NCBI GenBank assembly: GCA_030390025.1
Contig: CM059432.1
Coordinates: forward strand, 118,670,001 to 118,734,000
Reading direction: 5' to 3'
Length of the DNA stretch: 64,000 bases
DNA from: Squalus acanthias
Lineage: Eukaryota
Shown here: positions 1 through 12,924 of the stretch, one piece after another
Numbering within the stretch: the stretch's first letter is position 1
Layout: each line of letters starts with the position of its first letter
The notes under the pieces: model-generated
The model's database searches: none
Seen by the model: only the letters and a program-made list of their open reading frames with translations
What the model was told of the DNA's origin: nothing
Program-made: the position numbers and the translations under genes

Positions 1-164
1 CCTCTCATTCAGAGCTTCACCTCATCCTCACCCACTTACCACTGCTGCAAACCTCACACCCACATCTCACAGCTTTCACACACTGTCAGCTATTCAGCCA
101 TTATAGGCACATCACCTAAACACAATGCACCACACTCACTGACAAATTTCCCTTTCTCTTGCAG

Positions 165-1548
165 GAAAAGGTGGTGCATAACCAGCACAAGCAGAACCTA
201 ACAGGTGGGGGACAGGCTCGCCTGCATCACCTCACCTCCTTGGAATAGACAGAGGTGGCCGTTCTTGGCAGCGGCGGAGCTGAAAGAATACAAGATGCCG
301 GTATCCTTATACATTATTCTCCTTCTCACATCCCACATCCCCCTCTTCTCCCTCTTCTGATTTAAAATGTGCACATGGTGAAAGCACGCACCTCTTGCTT
401 TCCCACCCCGCTCCCCTCACCACAACCCTACTCTTGAGCATTCCTCATTTCAAATACCCCAAAAATCTAATCTGTCCAGCCAATGGTTGTAGAAGAAGAG
501 GGAGAGGAGAGTGATGAAGAAGAGGAATCACCGTCACTCGATCTGACACTCACAGCCACCAGCTCAGATAATGATACTGCAAAGAGTTTAGAGGGTTGCT
601 TAGAGGTGGGATCTGCACGGGGTGAGTCACCGGGCACGAGTGGGCTGCAGCTAGGGCAGAGGGAAAGCCTAGCGCAGGTGCCAGCTCCCCAGAGGGCGAG
701 GTCACACACGAGTTCAGCTGCACAGGACTCAGCTGAGGACTTTGATGGGGAGGCCTACAGAAGAACGCTGACGGGTTTGCACAACAAAATGCTTGGTGCA
801 TTGGCAGGCCTGCCATAAAGTCTGAGTGCAATGTTAAGGTGCATGAAGGAGTCCGGCACCAACCTTGCACAGGGCTTTGCACAGAGTGTGGACCCCATCC
901 TTTCCAGCGTGGAAGGGATGGGCAGATCCATTAGGGCACTTGTGGACCTAATAATAATGCAGCATCTGATGGCCGATGTCTCAGCTTCCATTGCAGCACA
1001 AGCACAAGCCGCCCAACGTCTTGAGTGCTGCAGTGGAAGCTCAGACTGAAGTCATGCAAGCACAGACTGCTGCCGTGGTGGGCGCTCAGACTGCTGCCAT
1101 CATGGCTGGGTTTACCAGTGTGGAAAGGGGCTTTCAAGGTCTCACAGCAGTCCAGCAATCTGTCCTCCAACAGATGGCTAGGAATGCTGAGGTGCCGCCC
1201 CGGGGGAGTGGCAATGGCTCCATGGAGCACGAACCTGCTGTCCTCTCTCAGGAAGACAGCATTTGTGATTCCACCCCTGCCGCTCCACCAGTGCTCTTGC
1301 TGTTGCCTGTCAACCAGCCAGACCAGACTGCTGCAGCCCATGCCGAAGTGGTGCAGTCCGCAACCAGGCCTACTAGGCCCAGAGGTGCTCGAGTTCATCC
1401 TCCAAGGGCATCTGCAGTCTCCCCCACTGAAAGTCAGCAGCCGTGCACCAGCCATGCTGCAACCACTGGGGTAGCACTGCATAGGAGCACCAGGACAGGC
1501 AAAGGCACACTGAAGACAGGCACTAAGGGAATGCACAAGGCTGATTAG
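165..1548 (+). pseudogene. Harbinger Myb/SANT-like accessory gene, exons 2-3, disrupted
   Basis: Acceptor ctcttgcag|gaaaag at 165 begins EKVVHN...TGGG. ORFs 483-818, 831-1049 and 976-1548 align by eye to 28159-29046 (QQSVLQQ, AAAHAEVVQSA, QQPCTS) across a stop and a frameshift. Confidence 0.8.
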
Positions 1549-1716
1549 TTGACTTTGTTGGGCTATATTGGATGGATTGATTTATAAAGTTGGATTGGAA
1601 TGTTTCTTTTGTTGTGGCTTTTATTTCAGCATAGAGGCCAACAGGACACCGTGATGGTGAGTAACAGGGGAAACATAAGGTGTGGGACTATTGTTGATTG
1701 AAGAATTGGGGTTGCG

Positions 1717-2937
1717 TTCACTGGTACCACATTCGGATGAGTCGATCACGGACAGCCAGGGCAGAAAGGGGCTGTCTGGGTTGACTCATCCCTTCCGCTT
1801 CCTCCTTTTCTGCTTCCTCCTCTTCCACTTTCTCCTCCTCCTCTTCCTCCTTCCTCCTCTTTCGCTTTTTCCTCCTCCTCATCATCCTCCTCTTCCTCCT
1901 CAGCTGGTTGCCGTATGCCTGGTGGCAAGGGCTGCGCCCTCATGATGGCGAGATTGTGGAGCATGCAGCAGACCACGACGAATCTTGAGATGCGCGCTGG
2001 TGAGTACTGCAGGGCTCCTCCAGAGCGGTCCAGGCAGCGGATGCATTGCTTAAGGTCTCCAATGGACTGCTCTATCAGGTTCCGTGTGGCAACATGGCTC
2101 TCATTGACGCATGCTGCCCACGTGTGGTTGGGTTGCGGAGCAGAGTCATGGGCCAGGTGGTCAGTGGGTAGCCCTTGTCACCCAGTAGCCACTCTCTGGT
2201 TTGCTGTGGTGGCTCAAAGACTGTGGAACAGCTGACTGGTGCAGAATAAAAGCATTATTGACTGCTGCCAGGATACCGGGCATTCATCATCATGATGTGC
2301 TGAGCATTGTCGCACTCCAACTGCACATTCAGCGAGTGGTAACCTTTGCGGTTGCGGTACATCTCAGCATTTAGATGCGTCGCCCACAAAGCCATGTGCA
2401 TGCAGTTGATGGCATCCTACACCATGGGTAGCCCGATATCCTAGCAAAGCCACGTGCATGCTCTGCCTGTTTCTCTCTGGTCAGAGAGAAGACAATGTAG
2501 TCCCCTCTCCTAGCATGACGAGCGTCTGTCACCTCTCTTATGCAACAGTGGACGGGGTACTGAGCGATGTTACAGGTGTTGTCTGCTCCAGCGTGGAAGG
2601 ATCCCCACACGAAGAAATTCAGGGCCACGGTCATCTTCATTGCCACTGGCAGCGCTGTCCTAGCTCTGGTATGAGGCTGCAGGTTTGGTTGCAAGACATG
2701 GCAGAGTTCTGTGAGCACCTCCTTTATAAAGCGCAGACGCCTCAGATACTGCTCCTGGCTCAGGTTGAGGTAAGATAATTGCTCTCGGAAAACCCTAGTT
2801 GAGTAAGGCCTCCTGCTGAGAGCCCTTCTCCCCCTTCTCCTCCTCCCTCTGCGAGCAGATTGTCCCCTTCTTCGCTATCTCTGCTCCATCTCCCTGTCAT
2901 GCTGCAGGCCGAGCAGGATGACAACTAGAGAACCCAT
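1717..2937 (-). pseudogene. Harbinger (HARBI1-like) DDE transposase, disrupted
   Basis: ORF pieces LTELCHVLQPNLQP...VALNFF..GSFHA and VCCMLHNLAI plus acidic tail match the transposase at 29359-30517. Confidence 0.85.
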
Positions 2938-3792
2938 GACTGGGAACAAGTGGACTGACCAGAACCCTTGAAGTCAGAAGCAAGGCCTTTGCCATTTGCA
3001 GCACCACTCCCTGTCACCTCACCAACTTTAAACATCTCTAGAAAGCTCCAAACACTTCCACAATCTTACACAGAGCCAGTCGAAATTAATCAGCAACTAA
3101 CCTTAGAGTGGCTGCTGATCCCATTAAATATTACTGGTGGGGGGTCATTGCAGCTGCTGAACGCATGTTCAGCTGTGCGAGGTTAACACAGGGCGTTACT
3201 TCCAGCATTGAGGACAAAAATGGCAGCGCTGGCGTCAAATCAGCATTGCACACTGATTGACGTCATGATCTGCCCACTCAACATACTTATGGTGCACGCT
3301 CCCAGCGCCGACATTAACGCCCTCACCAAGATGGCATCCAGCGTGCATCAGAATTGTGCATGAGCAGCTTGGACAACATTTTCGACCCAAAATGGCACCC
3401 GTAGTGCCCAAACAACGGGCGCTACACAATTGAATTTTTAGTCCCCAGAGGTTAAAATGAGACAGAAAAAGCTTAGGACAATTGTAAGGTTCATAATACA
3501 CAGAAGAACCAAGCTGAATACAGAAAGCACAGAGGAGATATAATAAAGGGAATAAGAGGGGCTTTAAGAAAGTATGAGAATAGATTAGCGGCTAACATAA
3601 AAGGGAACCCAAAAGTATTTTATAAACACATAAATAGTAAAAGGGTTGTCAAAGGAAGGGCAGGGCCGATTAGAAAAAGGAGATCTTCTTGTAGAGGCAG
3701 AGGGCATGGCTGAGGTACTAAATGAGTACTTTACATCTGTCTTCACTACAGAAGAGGATGCTGCCAATGTAGCAGTAAAGGAGAGTAGCAGA

Positions 3793-3928
3793 GTGACTTC
3801 ACCTGACGAAGGAGCAGCCGCTCCGAAAGCTTGTGATTTCAAATAAAACTGTTGGACTATAACCTGGTGTTGTGCGACTTCCCACATTTGTCCACCCCAG
3901 TCCAACACCGGCATCTCCACATCATGGC
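3793..3928 (+). mobile_element. Short Penelope-like element, family A
   Basis: Hammerhead motif, then AATAAA, then ...gttggactataacctggtgttgtgcgacttc...catctccacatca. Same sequence at 4508, 13243 and 20460. Confidence 0.8.
3799..3836 (+). ncRNA. Minimal type-I hammerhead ribozyme motif
   Basis: TCAC-CTGACGA-A-GGAGC-agcc-GCTCC-GAAAGCTT-GTGA: helix I TCAC/GTGA, conserved core, helix II GGAGC/GCTCC. Confidence 0.75.
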
Positions 3929-4507
3929 TCCTTAGATATGGGAGTGGTACCAGAGGACTGAAGGATTGCAAATGTTACACCCCTGTTTGGGAGAGGAATA
4001 AACCCGGCAACTACAGGCCAATCAGCCTAATATCGGTGCTGGGGAAACGTTTAGAGACAATAATCCAAGACAAAATTAATCGGCATTTGGAAAAGTTTGG
4101 GCTAATAAATGAAAATCAGCACGGATTTGAAAAAGGCAAATCGTGATTGACTAACTTGATTGAGTTCTTTGATGAAGTAACAGGGAGGGTTGAGGAGGGT
4201 AGTGTCGTTGATGTTGTGTATATGGACTTTCAAAAGCGTTTGACAATGTACCACATAATAGGCTTATTAGCAAATTTAAAGGCCATGGGATTAACAGGAC
4301 ATTGGCAGCATGGATACAAAATTGGCTAAGGGGTAGAATGCAGAGAGTAGTGGTGAACGGTTGTTTTCAGACTGGAGGGAAGTATACAGTGGTGTCCTCC
4401 AGGAGTCGGTAGTAGGACCACTGCTCTTTTTGATATATATTAACAACCTGGACAGGGCATAATTTCAAAGTTTGCAGATGATACGAAACTCAAAAATGTA
4501 GTAAATA

Positions 4508-4659
4508 GTGAGAAGTCGCACAACACCAGGTTATAGTCCAACAGCTCTATTTGAAATCACTTAAGTGATTTCAAATAAAGCTGTTGGACTATAACCTGGT
4601 GTTGTGCGACTTCTCACATTTGTCCACCCCAGTCCAACACCGGCATCTCCACATCGTAA
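4508..4659 (+). mobile_element. Penelope-like family A fold-back insertion lacking the ribozyme core
   Basis: Palindrome 4508-4617 centred on ttaa. Direct repeat taaatagtgag at 4502-4512 and 4660-4670. Confidence 0.8.
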
Positions 4660-5729
4660 TAAATAGTGAGGAGCATCGTAACAGGCTTCAGGAGGACAGG
4701 GACAGACTGGGAAAGTAGGCTGACACATGCAGATGAAATTTAATGCAGAGTAATGTGAAGTGATACATTTTGGTAGGAAGAATGAGGAGATGCAATATAA
4801 ACAAAATGGTATAGTTTTAAAGGGGATGCAGGAACAGAGAGATATGTACACAAATCTTTGAAGGTGGCAGGACAAGTTGAGAAGGCTGTTAAAAAAGCAT
4901 ATGGGATCGTTGGCTTTATTAATAGAGGAACAGGGTACAAAAGCAAGGAAGTTATTTAGAAAAGACTGGTTAGGCCTCAGCTGGAGTATTGTGTTCAATT
5001 CTGGGCACCATACTTAGGAAAAATGTCAAGGCCTTGGAGAGGGTGCAGAGGAGATTTACTAGAATGGTACCAGGGCTGAGGGACTTCAGTTATGTGGAGA
5101 GACTGGTAAAAATAGTGTTGTTCTCCTTAGATCAGAGAAGATTAAGAGGAGATTTGATAGAAGTGTTCAAAATCCTGAATGATTTGATAGAGTAAATAAG
5201 GAGAAATTGTTTCCAGTGGTAGAAGGGTCGGTAACCAGAGGACACAGATTTAAGGTGATGGGCAAAAGATCCAGAGGTGAGATGAGGAAACATTTCTTTA
5301 CACAGCGAGTTGTTGTGGTCTGGAATGCACTGCCTGAAAGGGTTGTGGAAGCAGATTAAATAGTAACATTCAAAAGGGAATTGAATAATACTTTTGGGAT
5401 CACGGAGGAGAATTGTGGCCATAATGTGAGTTCCATTGCTAAACAGGTATGCTATCATACATAACAGCTAAGGGTAAAGGAATGAAATTACTCTAGGCAA
5501 TTGTATATATTCTGAAAGAAATGCATCTGGAAATGTGCCTCAGACAAAATAGGTTAGTTGTTTATTTGCGAGCAAGAAATTGGAGCGTACAAATGGGTAC
5601 AATGCATGGCTGGAAATGGAGTGAAAGCAAAACAATGGGTTGATTAACTTTGAAGGACCAGTAAGTGCAGATTTTTTTTGAAATGAGCGAGCAAGACAAT
5701 AGAAAGTGATATATGTAAGAAAAACAAAG

Positions 5730-5909
5730 TATTTCACAGAATCCCCACAATGCAGATAGAGGCCATTTCGGCCCATCAAGCCTGCACCGACACATATCCC
5801 ACCCTATCCCCGTAACCCCACATATTTAATCCCCCTAACACTAAGGTCAATTTATCATAGCCAAATCAACCTAACCCGCACATCTTTGGACTGTGGGAGG
5901 AAACCGGAT
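5730..5909 (-). mobile_element. V-SINE (HE1-like) 3' fragment
   Basis: aacctaacccgcacatctttggactgtgggaggaaaccgga plus a CR1-like tail (ggccatttcggcccatc), as recalled for shark V-SINEs. Confidence 0.6.
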
Positions 5910-6746
5910 AAAGCTTGTAAAGAGAAAGGTGAGGGAAAGCATTGGGAAGAATACAGGAATCTGTAAATAATGTTTTAACAATTAAAAAGTTAGTCAGAGG
6001 GGTGAAGCAGAAACTTCAAATGAGTATAGCTGTAGGAGTCAAACACAAGAAATTCCTAAATATTAAAACTCAAGATGAACTAAAAATAGTTATCAAGAAG
6101 TAAACCATTATTTCCTAGAAGTATTCATTGGAGAAGGCACCAATAGCATGCCACACATTATAGGAGAGTCTTCAAGTAGTCTTACTTTGAAATCACACAC
6201 ACCAAGATCCCAGACAAGCTCAAGGGGCTGAAACCCAATAAATCTCAGGAGCTGATGGAATATATTCAAGGGTGCTATGTAAGACTAGGGGCAAAATGTA
6301 CAAAATACTGACAATCATCATGAGGGAATCAATGGACTCAGAAGCATTCCACGGGTTTGGTATCTATTATCAAAAAAGTGATGAAACAAACTACCAACCT
6401 ATTAATCTTACATAATGGAATAAATCATTGGGGAAAAAAAAGTGAAAATTAGGACAACATGGTTTCAGAAAGGGAAGATTCTGCCACACCAACCTTCTTG
6501 ACCTTTTTGAGGAAGTAATATCCCAAGTGGACACTGGAAAGTCCTAGGATGTTCTGCACCTGGACTTTCAGTCAGCTTTTGATAAAGTCCCACATGGATA
6601 GCCGCTGCACAAGCTTAAGGTAGTGGGTGTCCTGGAAAAAGCTTGACGATGGTTAAAGGAATTGGTTGAATTAGAAGGGGAGTGATGAGAAGCTGAGAAG
6701 ATGTACTAAGTGGAGTGGTGCCTGAATTGGTGCTGGAGTCATAATT

Positions 6747-6882
6747 GCAAAAGCAAAATACTGTGGATGCTGGAATCTGAAATAAAAACAGAAAATGCTG
6801 GAAATACTCAGCAGGTCAGGCAGTATCTGTGGAGAGAGAAACAGAGTTAACGTTTCAGGTCGATGACCTTTCATCAGTACTT
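6747..6882 (-). mobile_element. Short Penelope-like element, family B, with hammerhead motif (6846-6880)
   Basis: Minus strand gta-CTGATGA-A-AGGTC-atc-GACCT-GAAACGTT-aac. Flanked by tcataatt at 6739-6746 and 6883-6890. Homologous to 31875-31993. Confidence 0.7.
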
Positions 6883-7249
6883 TCATAATTACAATGCAAG
6901 TTGATCAGATTCACAGATGATACTAAATTAGTCAAATCTGATGAAGCAACCAAGGAAATACAGACGGACCTAGGCAACATTTGCAATTGACAAATTTATG
7001 GCAAATACACTTCAATGCAGATAATTGTTGCACATTGGAAGAAACGTAGGCATCACACTTATTCAATCAATGGTGCCAAACTGGCCACGGAAGAGGTTGA
7101 AAGAGAACTTGCTCAATACTAAACAAGTCCAGTCATTTAGAGCAGCAATTAAAAAAACAGATAGAATGCTAAGCTACATTGTCAAATCAATAGTGTATAA
7201 GTCTGATGCCAGCATGCTGGAGCTGTATAACACTGGTCAGGCTACATTT

Positions 7250-7775
7250 TGACCTAGAAATTGGTTTGAAATTGGGCACAAACCCAGTGCACGACGTAAC
7301 TGCTTAGCAAGAGGAGCATGCAAAATTGACCCTCTTATGTCTTCGGGATGCAATTGGCATGCCGGGGGCACTGGTCACACTCCAAGAGGTGGTGCACTAG
7401 TTGCGAAGAGGAGGAACATCGGCCAGCGGGGACCATGACACCGGCAATATGGTAGGTGAGTAATAGCTGGCACCAGTCCGCAGTTTCAATGTGGAGCCTA
7501 GGAGGAAAACTCCTAGTATGCACACTGCATGCTGCAGTCAGTCGTGATCAAATTTCCCAAAGGTCCTGAAGAAGGCGTTAGGCCCTCCATTGGCATAGAT
7601 AATGGACTTGACGCTAGTTTGAGGCGGGTGCCCTGGATGACTTCAAGGCACCTTAACCAATTTAGCGTGTGGCGTTTTCCTGGCATGGACTGAGTGCATG
7701 CACGCCGCAAAAGACGGTTCAGCGCCAATTCTTTTGCCCGACAAGCGGGCGCCGCATGATCTAATCTCCAGGCCT
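7250..7775. mobile_element. Decayed Harbinger-type MITE
   Basis: GC-rich insert interrupting CR1, ends gacctagaaatt... and ...aatctccaggcc, similar to the terminus at 58387. Confidence 0.5.
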
Positions 7776-8149
7776 TTGAGTACTTTGTTCAGTTCTGGTC
7801 ACTGAAGCACAAGGGAAACATTCAAAACCTAGAAGTGGTGCAGAATAGGGTAACATGCTGATTTGTGCTGTCACAGGACTGAGTTATGAGGAAAAGTTAG
7901 GAAAACTCAAACTCTTCAGCCTTGAAAGGAGGGGAATGAGAGGGAGCTGTAGAGAGATATATGTTACTAAGTGGACTAGAAAAGGATAATCTCGAGCACT
8001 ATTTCAAGTTGTACCATGGCTGTCATAGGGTATAGATACAACATAGAAAAGACAAGTTCTAGTTATCAGGATCAGGAAACACAAAAGAGTGATGAATACC
8101 TGGAGTGGTCTTCTGGGTAGGGTAGTGGAGATAAAAACTTGGAAGTCAC

Positions 8150-8495
8150 TTTTTTATTCACTCTTGGGATATGGGTGTCGCTGACAAGGCCGGCATTTAT
8201 TGCCCATCCCTAATTGTAACTGAATGGCTTGCTAGGCCACTTTGGAGAACAGCTAAGTGTCAATGACATTGGTGTGGGACTGGAGTCAGATATACGCCAG
8301 ACTAGGTAAGGATGGCATGTTTCCTTCCCTGGAGGACATTAGTGAACCAGTTGGGTTTTTACGACAATCCGACAGCTTCATGGTCACTTTTGCTGATACC
8401 AGCTTTTTATATCCAAATTCTTTCAGAACAATTCAAATTCTCAAACTGCCCTGGTGGGATTTGAATTAGTGTTCTCTGGATTACTAGTCAAGGGA
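8150..8495 (-). mobile_element. tRNA-derived SINE sharing its 3' tail with the LINE at 11057-11840
   Basis: Minus strand B-box-like ttcaaatccc. Tail tgggatatgggtgtcgctgacaaggccggcatttattgcccatccctaattg matches 11068-11120. Confidence 0.6.
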
Positions 8496-9397
8496 TAGTT
8501 AGACGTTCTGATCGTGGGAACCTAGTTTCCCTCTAATGGCGGGCAGAGCTAGATTGGCCAAATGGATTCATCTCTGTACTTTGCGGTCTTTGTGAAAGAG
8601 TCAGCCTTTATAATTTCTCCACCAAACAAAAAGTTGTACTTCTTGACTGCAATAAATTACATTATTTCCCTAATATGGTGGGTGTCACATACACACTGAA
8701 AATCTTATTTGTTGCCCAGTTCATATTGTGGAAGCTGGCACCTTGTCAGATCAGTTAAATTGTGCATTTGTGCTGTGTTAGTTCATAGCCTAAGGGGTGC
8801 TCTTCTCTCTAATTGTAGATGTCCTCTTGATGAGAGGCTATTGTGAAAGTAGGGAGAAAATACAAATGCATAAAGCACAAATCATGTACTTCTGAGCAGC
8901 GTGCACACAAAGAGAGATGCATAAAGACCCAAATGTGAACAAATATATTTTGAGTTACAGATATAGAGATGGAAATTGTATAACAAACTATATTCAGCTG
9001 CATTCATTTATATTTGAACAGATGTTAAAAAGGTTGTAACAAGCTGGAGGATCAACTTTGAGTACTTGAGGATCAAGGCCAATGTGGGGTTAGCCAATAG
9101 AATAGCAGTTCTTTTGATCACTACAACACAAAGCAAGCAGCAGCAAAGTGACTGTGGCACCTGCAACAGTACATCACACAGTATAACTACTATATGGTCA
9201 TTAAGCTGGTAAACCACACTGCCTGTAGTCACAGGAGAACACTCAGATACACTACAATTCAATTGATACACAACAGAAATAGATCAGATGTACTTTTCTA
9301 CCCTAGTACATCTATTTTTTTTGTTGTGAAGATTAAAGTAATTTTTGACATGAGAAATAATCACAATTAATAACTAATTTAGTGGCCAAGGTACAAT

Positions 9398-10141
9398 GGG
9401 CCAAAAATTCATCCCGGTGCGCGAGAGTACGCACTGCGTACTCTCGCGTATTCCCTCTGCAATTGTCGGTTTTCTGCATGCCCTGCGCATGCGCTGAAAA
9501 CCGGCAATTGCTCTTTTGAAAAGGGGGCGGTTCCTCGGTGCATCGCGTGCGCGCTACAGGCTGCGCGCACGCTGTGCACTTCATGCTTTGGACGCGCAGG
9601 TAAGTACTGAAGATTTTAGAAATGGAAAAAGGAGGAGTAAGACCCACTTTTAACAAGGTAAGTAGTGAATTAAGTATTTTTTTGAATTTTTTTTAACAGG
9701 TATATCTTTTTTAGAGACTTTAAAGACAGGTAAGTTTATTTTTATAACTTTTTAAAAGATTTTAAATTTTTTCAAAAATTTAATTTTTTATTTAAAATGG
9801 TTAATTTATTTAACTATACTTATTTTATTAATGTGATGGGTTTTTTTTAAAATTTAATTGAGGTTTAGCTGTTATTTTGGGGGGGTGTAAGATTCATAGA
9901 TTTCACAGCACGTATGTGAAACTTATGAATGGAAGATGGTGTGCTGCCATTGGCGCTAACTGAGTCACGTGATCCCACAGCTCGCACGAATTCACTACGC
10001 CGGTGGGATACGCAAGCACTGCCCGGCTGATGTCTGGAACATCAAGTTCGTGCGAGCTGGATCTGAAAAAGCACAAGCGGAGTGAGAGATCGCGGTGAAG
10101 GCTTACCCCCGCGGGAACAGAGCGAGATCAATTTCTGGGCC
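9398..10141. mobile_element. Non-autonomous Harbinger-type MITE, copy 1
   Basis: Termini gggccaaaaattcatc / gatcaatttctgggcc, AAT TSD, near-identical to 20043-21034. Confidence 0.85.
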
Positions 10142-11056
10142 AATATTTCAACTTGTAAGATATTTTAAAATTGTCAAAGATGGAACAGGTTCTTAATTCT
10201 AGTTTGAAACTGACTGTGAAGTCGCTAGGACAAAGCAAACTTTGGATTCCTATTTGTGATGGCAGCTATGATTGAATTCTAACTACAGTATTCTAACGTG
10301 TGCAAGTCGATATTCACCCCTGCAATGAAAGAACTTAGTGTATCTCAATTTGGAATGAACTGATTGTTTTCAACTTTAAATCAGGATCAGGAAACATTTA
10401 ATTTTGACTCATCAGTATTCCTGAAACACTTTCCTTTCAAAATGAGGAGCAACATGAAATTGATGTCAATAGCCTGAGTTTTGTAATTTTGTTATGATAA
10501 GGTTAGAGAAAGTCACTTAGTCACAAATAATCACGCATGTCCATTCTAGCGTGACTATAACTGACAGATGGTTTTCTTGAATTGCCATGCATTTCAAGTA
10601 AAAAGGAATGAAAGAAAGTTGTAATGTTTGGATATTCTATAAGCAGAGCAGCTCCTCAGTTATATAAATAGGCAGCGTTTATAAAAAAATGCATTGATTT
10701 ATGCAGTTGATAGGACCGTGTCATAATAATTTCCATTAAATCAAGGAGGAGAATTGTTAATATATTCCTTGTCTGATTTCAACATTTGGCTCATTGGTAA
10801 GCCTTTGAATGTGCAGTGACAGCAACTAGGATATCAGACATAAAGAGCTGCAAATAAATTGCAAAGAGCCCTGAGGGAGTTTAAGAGCATGGTCTACTTT
10901 GTAAATTGTGTTTGGACTGCAGGAACACAAACGTACCTTATGATGATTGCAATGCACAAATGTCCCCATTGTTTTTCACATTACATGCCTAGTACTATCT
11001 ATGATGCAGCAAACAAACTGAGAATAACAGCACTTAAACATTGGTAATAATTTTTT

Positions 11057-11840
11057 TTTATTCGTTCCTGGGACATGGGCGTCACTGGCAAGGACAGTAT
11101 TTATTGCCCATTCCTAATTACCCTTGAGAAGGTGGTGGTGAGCCACCTTCTTGAAGTGCTGCAGTCCGTGTGGTGAAGGTACTCCACAGTGCTGTTAGGG
11201 AGGGAGTTACAGGATTTTGACCCAGCGACGATGAAGGAATGGCAATATATTTCCAAGTCAGGATGGTGTGTGACTTGGAGGGGAACTTGGAGGTGGTGGT
11301 GTTCCCATGTGCCTGCTGCCCTTGTCCTTCTAGGTGGTAGAGGTCACAGGTTTGGGAGGTGCTGTCGAAGAAGCCTTGGCGAGTTGCTGCAGTGTATTGT
11401 GTAGATGGTACACACTGAAGCCACAGTGCACCAGTGGTGGAGGGAATGAGTGTTTAAGGTGGTGGATGGGGTGCCAATCAAGCGGGCTGCTTTGCCTTGG
11501 ATAGTGTTGAGTTTCTTGAGTGTTATTGGAGCTGCACTCATCAGGGCAATTGGAGCGTATTCCATCACACTCCTGACTTGTGCCTTGTAGATGGTGGAAA
11601 GGCTTTGAGGAGTCAGGAAGTGAGACACTCGTCACAGAATACACAGCCTCTGAGCTGCTCTTGTAGCCACAGTATTTATGTGGCTGGTCCAGTTAAGTTT
11701 CTGGCCAATGGTGACCCCCAGAATGTTGATGGTGGGGAATACGGTGATGGTAATGCCGTTGAATATCAAGTGGTGGTGGTTAGATTCTCTCTTGTCGGAG
11801 ATAGTCATTGCCCAGTACTTGTGTGGCACGAATGTTACTT
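11057..11840 (-). mobile_element. CR1/L2-group LINE 3' fragment (subfamily distinct from the main CR1)
   Basis: INILGVTI..KLNWTSHINTVA, YKAQVRSVMEYAP..LNTIQGKAARLI. Same 3' tail at ~14935-15000, 35028-35340 and 50597-50762. Confidence 0.8.
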
Positions 11841-12858
11841 GCTAATGTTAAACAAAGTATAAATGATAGCACAAAATCTCAACACGTTATAACTGTTAGA
11901 TTGTCTTTAGTCAATCGCTACCATGTGATTTATTGAACTTAAACTTGATTCCAGGTGCAAATTATTCAATTTTTTTTTATTTTTCAGAGGCTGTGCCATT
12001 TTGTAATGCCAATTCTTGCTTAGGGCTAATTTTCTATATATCTCATTTCGCAAATTATTCCAAAGTCCAGTGTAACATTCAAGATGTGGTACCATTCCAG
12101 TTAGTCCAGGCTCATCTGCGGAAAGAAGGAAATCGATTATATACTAAACTCAGTACAAGGCATGCATTTTATTGATAACTGGTTATAAGTATCTGCAATA
12201 CCTAATAGTCTTGTAGGTGGCGTTCTGATAGGTATTTTCAATGTTAATGGTGTCACGCTGCATGACACACAATAGCTACGATTTTACAGTTTAAAGTATG
12301 TTACTCTGAGATTCCTACAAATCGTTCAAAAATGCTTTCTGAAAAAATGTTTCAGCTGTAATTTTTTCCCAGTAATGGAAAATTTAATATCTAAAATAAG
12401 GGTCTTTTGTGTTTTTTTAATATATTCGTTAAAGTTTTTACTTGAAGTCTCTCCCAAAGGCTTGGTTTTGGACTTGATATTTTTGCTCAGATCTGTGACT
12501 CTGTAAACTGAATTTGGATTACGCAGTGTAACTAATTTCCAAGGATACATCAGTACCATTCAGTCAGCTGTACTGATGGAATACTTTTCTTCACCTCCTA
12601 ACAATTTCTGCTTAGTAACTTACCTTCAAATAATTATGAAAATCCAAGAGGAAACATTTCAAAAGTTTTACTGAGATATTATTTATATGAATTTTTTTTT
12701 ATAGAAAATAAATAAAACAGTGGCTGTCTGTGTGAGTGTGTGTTTGCCTGAGAGAGACAGAGAGAACAAATTACAGTGATCTGATTACGCCCATGTTGTA
12801 ACTTTTGTTTTGTCTTCCCTAAACTTCAATAAGGGAAAGAGAGAGGAGTCAGAAAGAG

Positions 12859-12920
12859 CGGTGGGGGGGGGGGGGGGGGGGGGGCGCGGGGTGGGGGGGG
12901 GGGGGTTGCGGGGGGGGGGG
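12859..12920 (+). repeat. Poly-G low-complexity tract
   Basis: Several G runs of 10 to more than 20 nt. Confidence 0.9.
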
Positions 12921-12924
12921 CCTT

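Larger units (their letters stand above)
1..3446. mobile_element. Decayed PIF/Harbinger DNA transposon (left part outside window): Myb/SANT gene remnants on +, transposase remnants on -
   Basis: Terminus ...aatttttagtcccc (~3446) resembles the termini at 15991 and 26869/31028. Same convergent two-gene layout as 26869-31028. Confidence 0.85.
3447..5400 (+). mobile_element. CR1 LINE, 3' ~2 kb, decayed, with two PLE insertions
   Basis: [62 protein letters not shown]. Confidence 0.92.
5910..8130 (+). mobile_element. Old, highly decayed CR1 LINE, interrupted by PLE family B (6747-6882) and a MITE (~7250-7775)
   Basis: Remnants of CR1 RT motifs: caacatggtttcagaaagggaagattctgc, gactttcagtcagcttttgataaagtccc, gttcagttctggtcac. 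Confidence 0.7.

Noticed and set aside
11907..12175. Strong splice acceptors on both strands (ttttcag at ~11988 +; ttccgcag at ~12117 -)
   Set aside because: No convincing donor or recognisable peptide, so a host exon cannot be supported.
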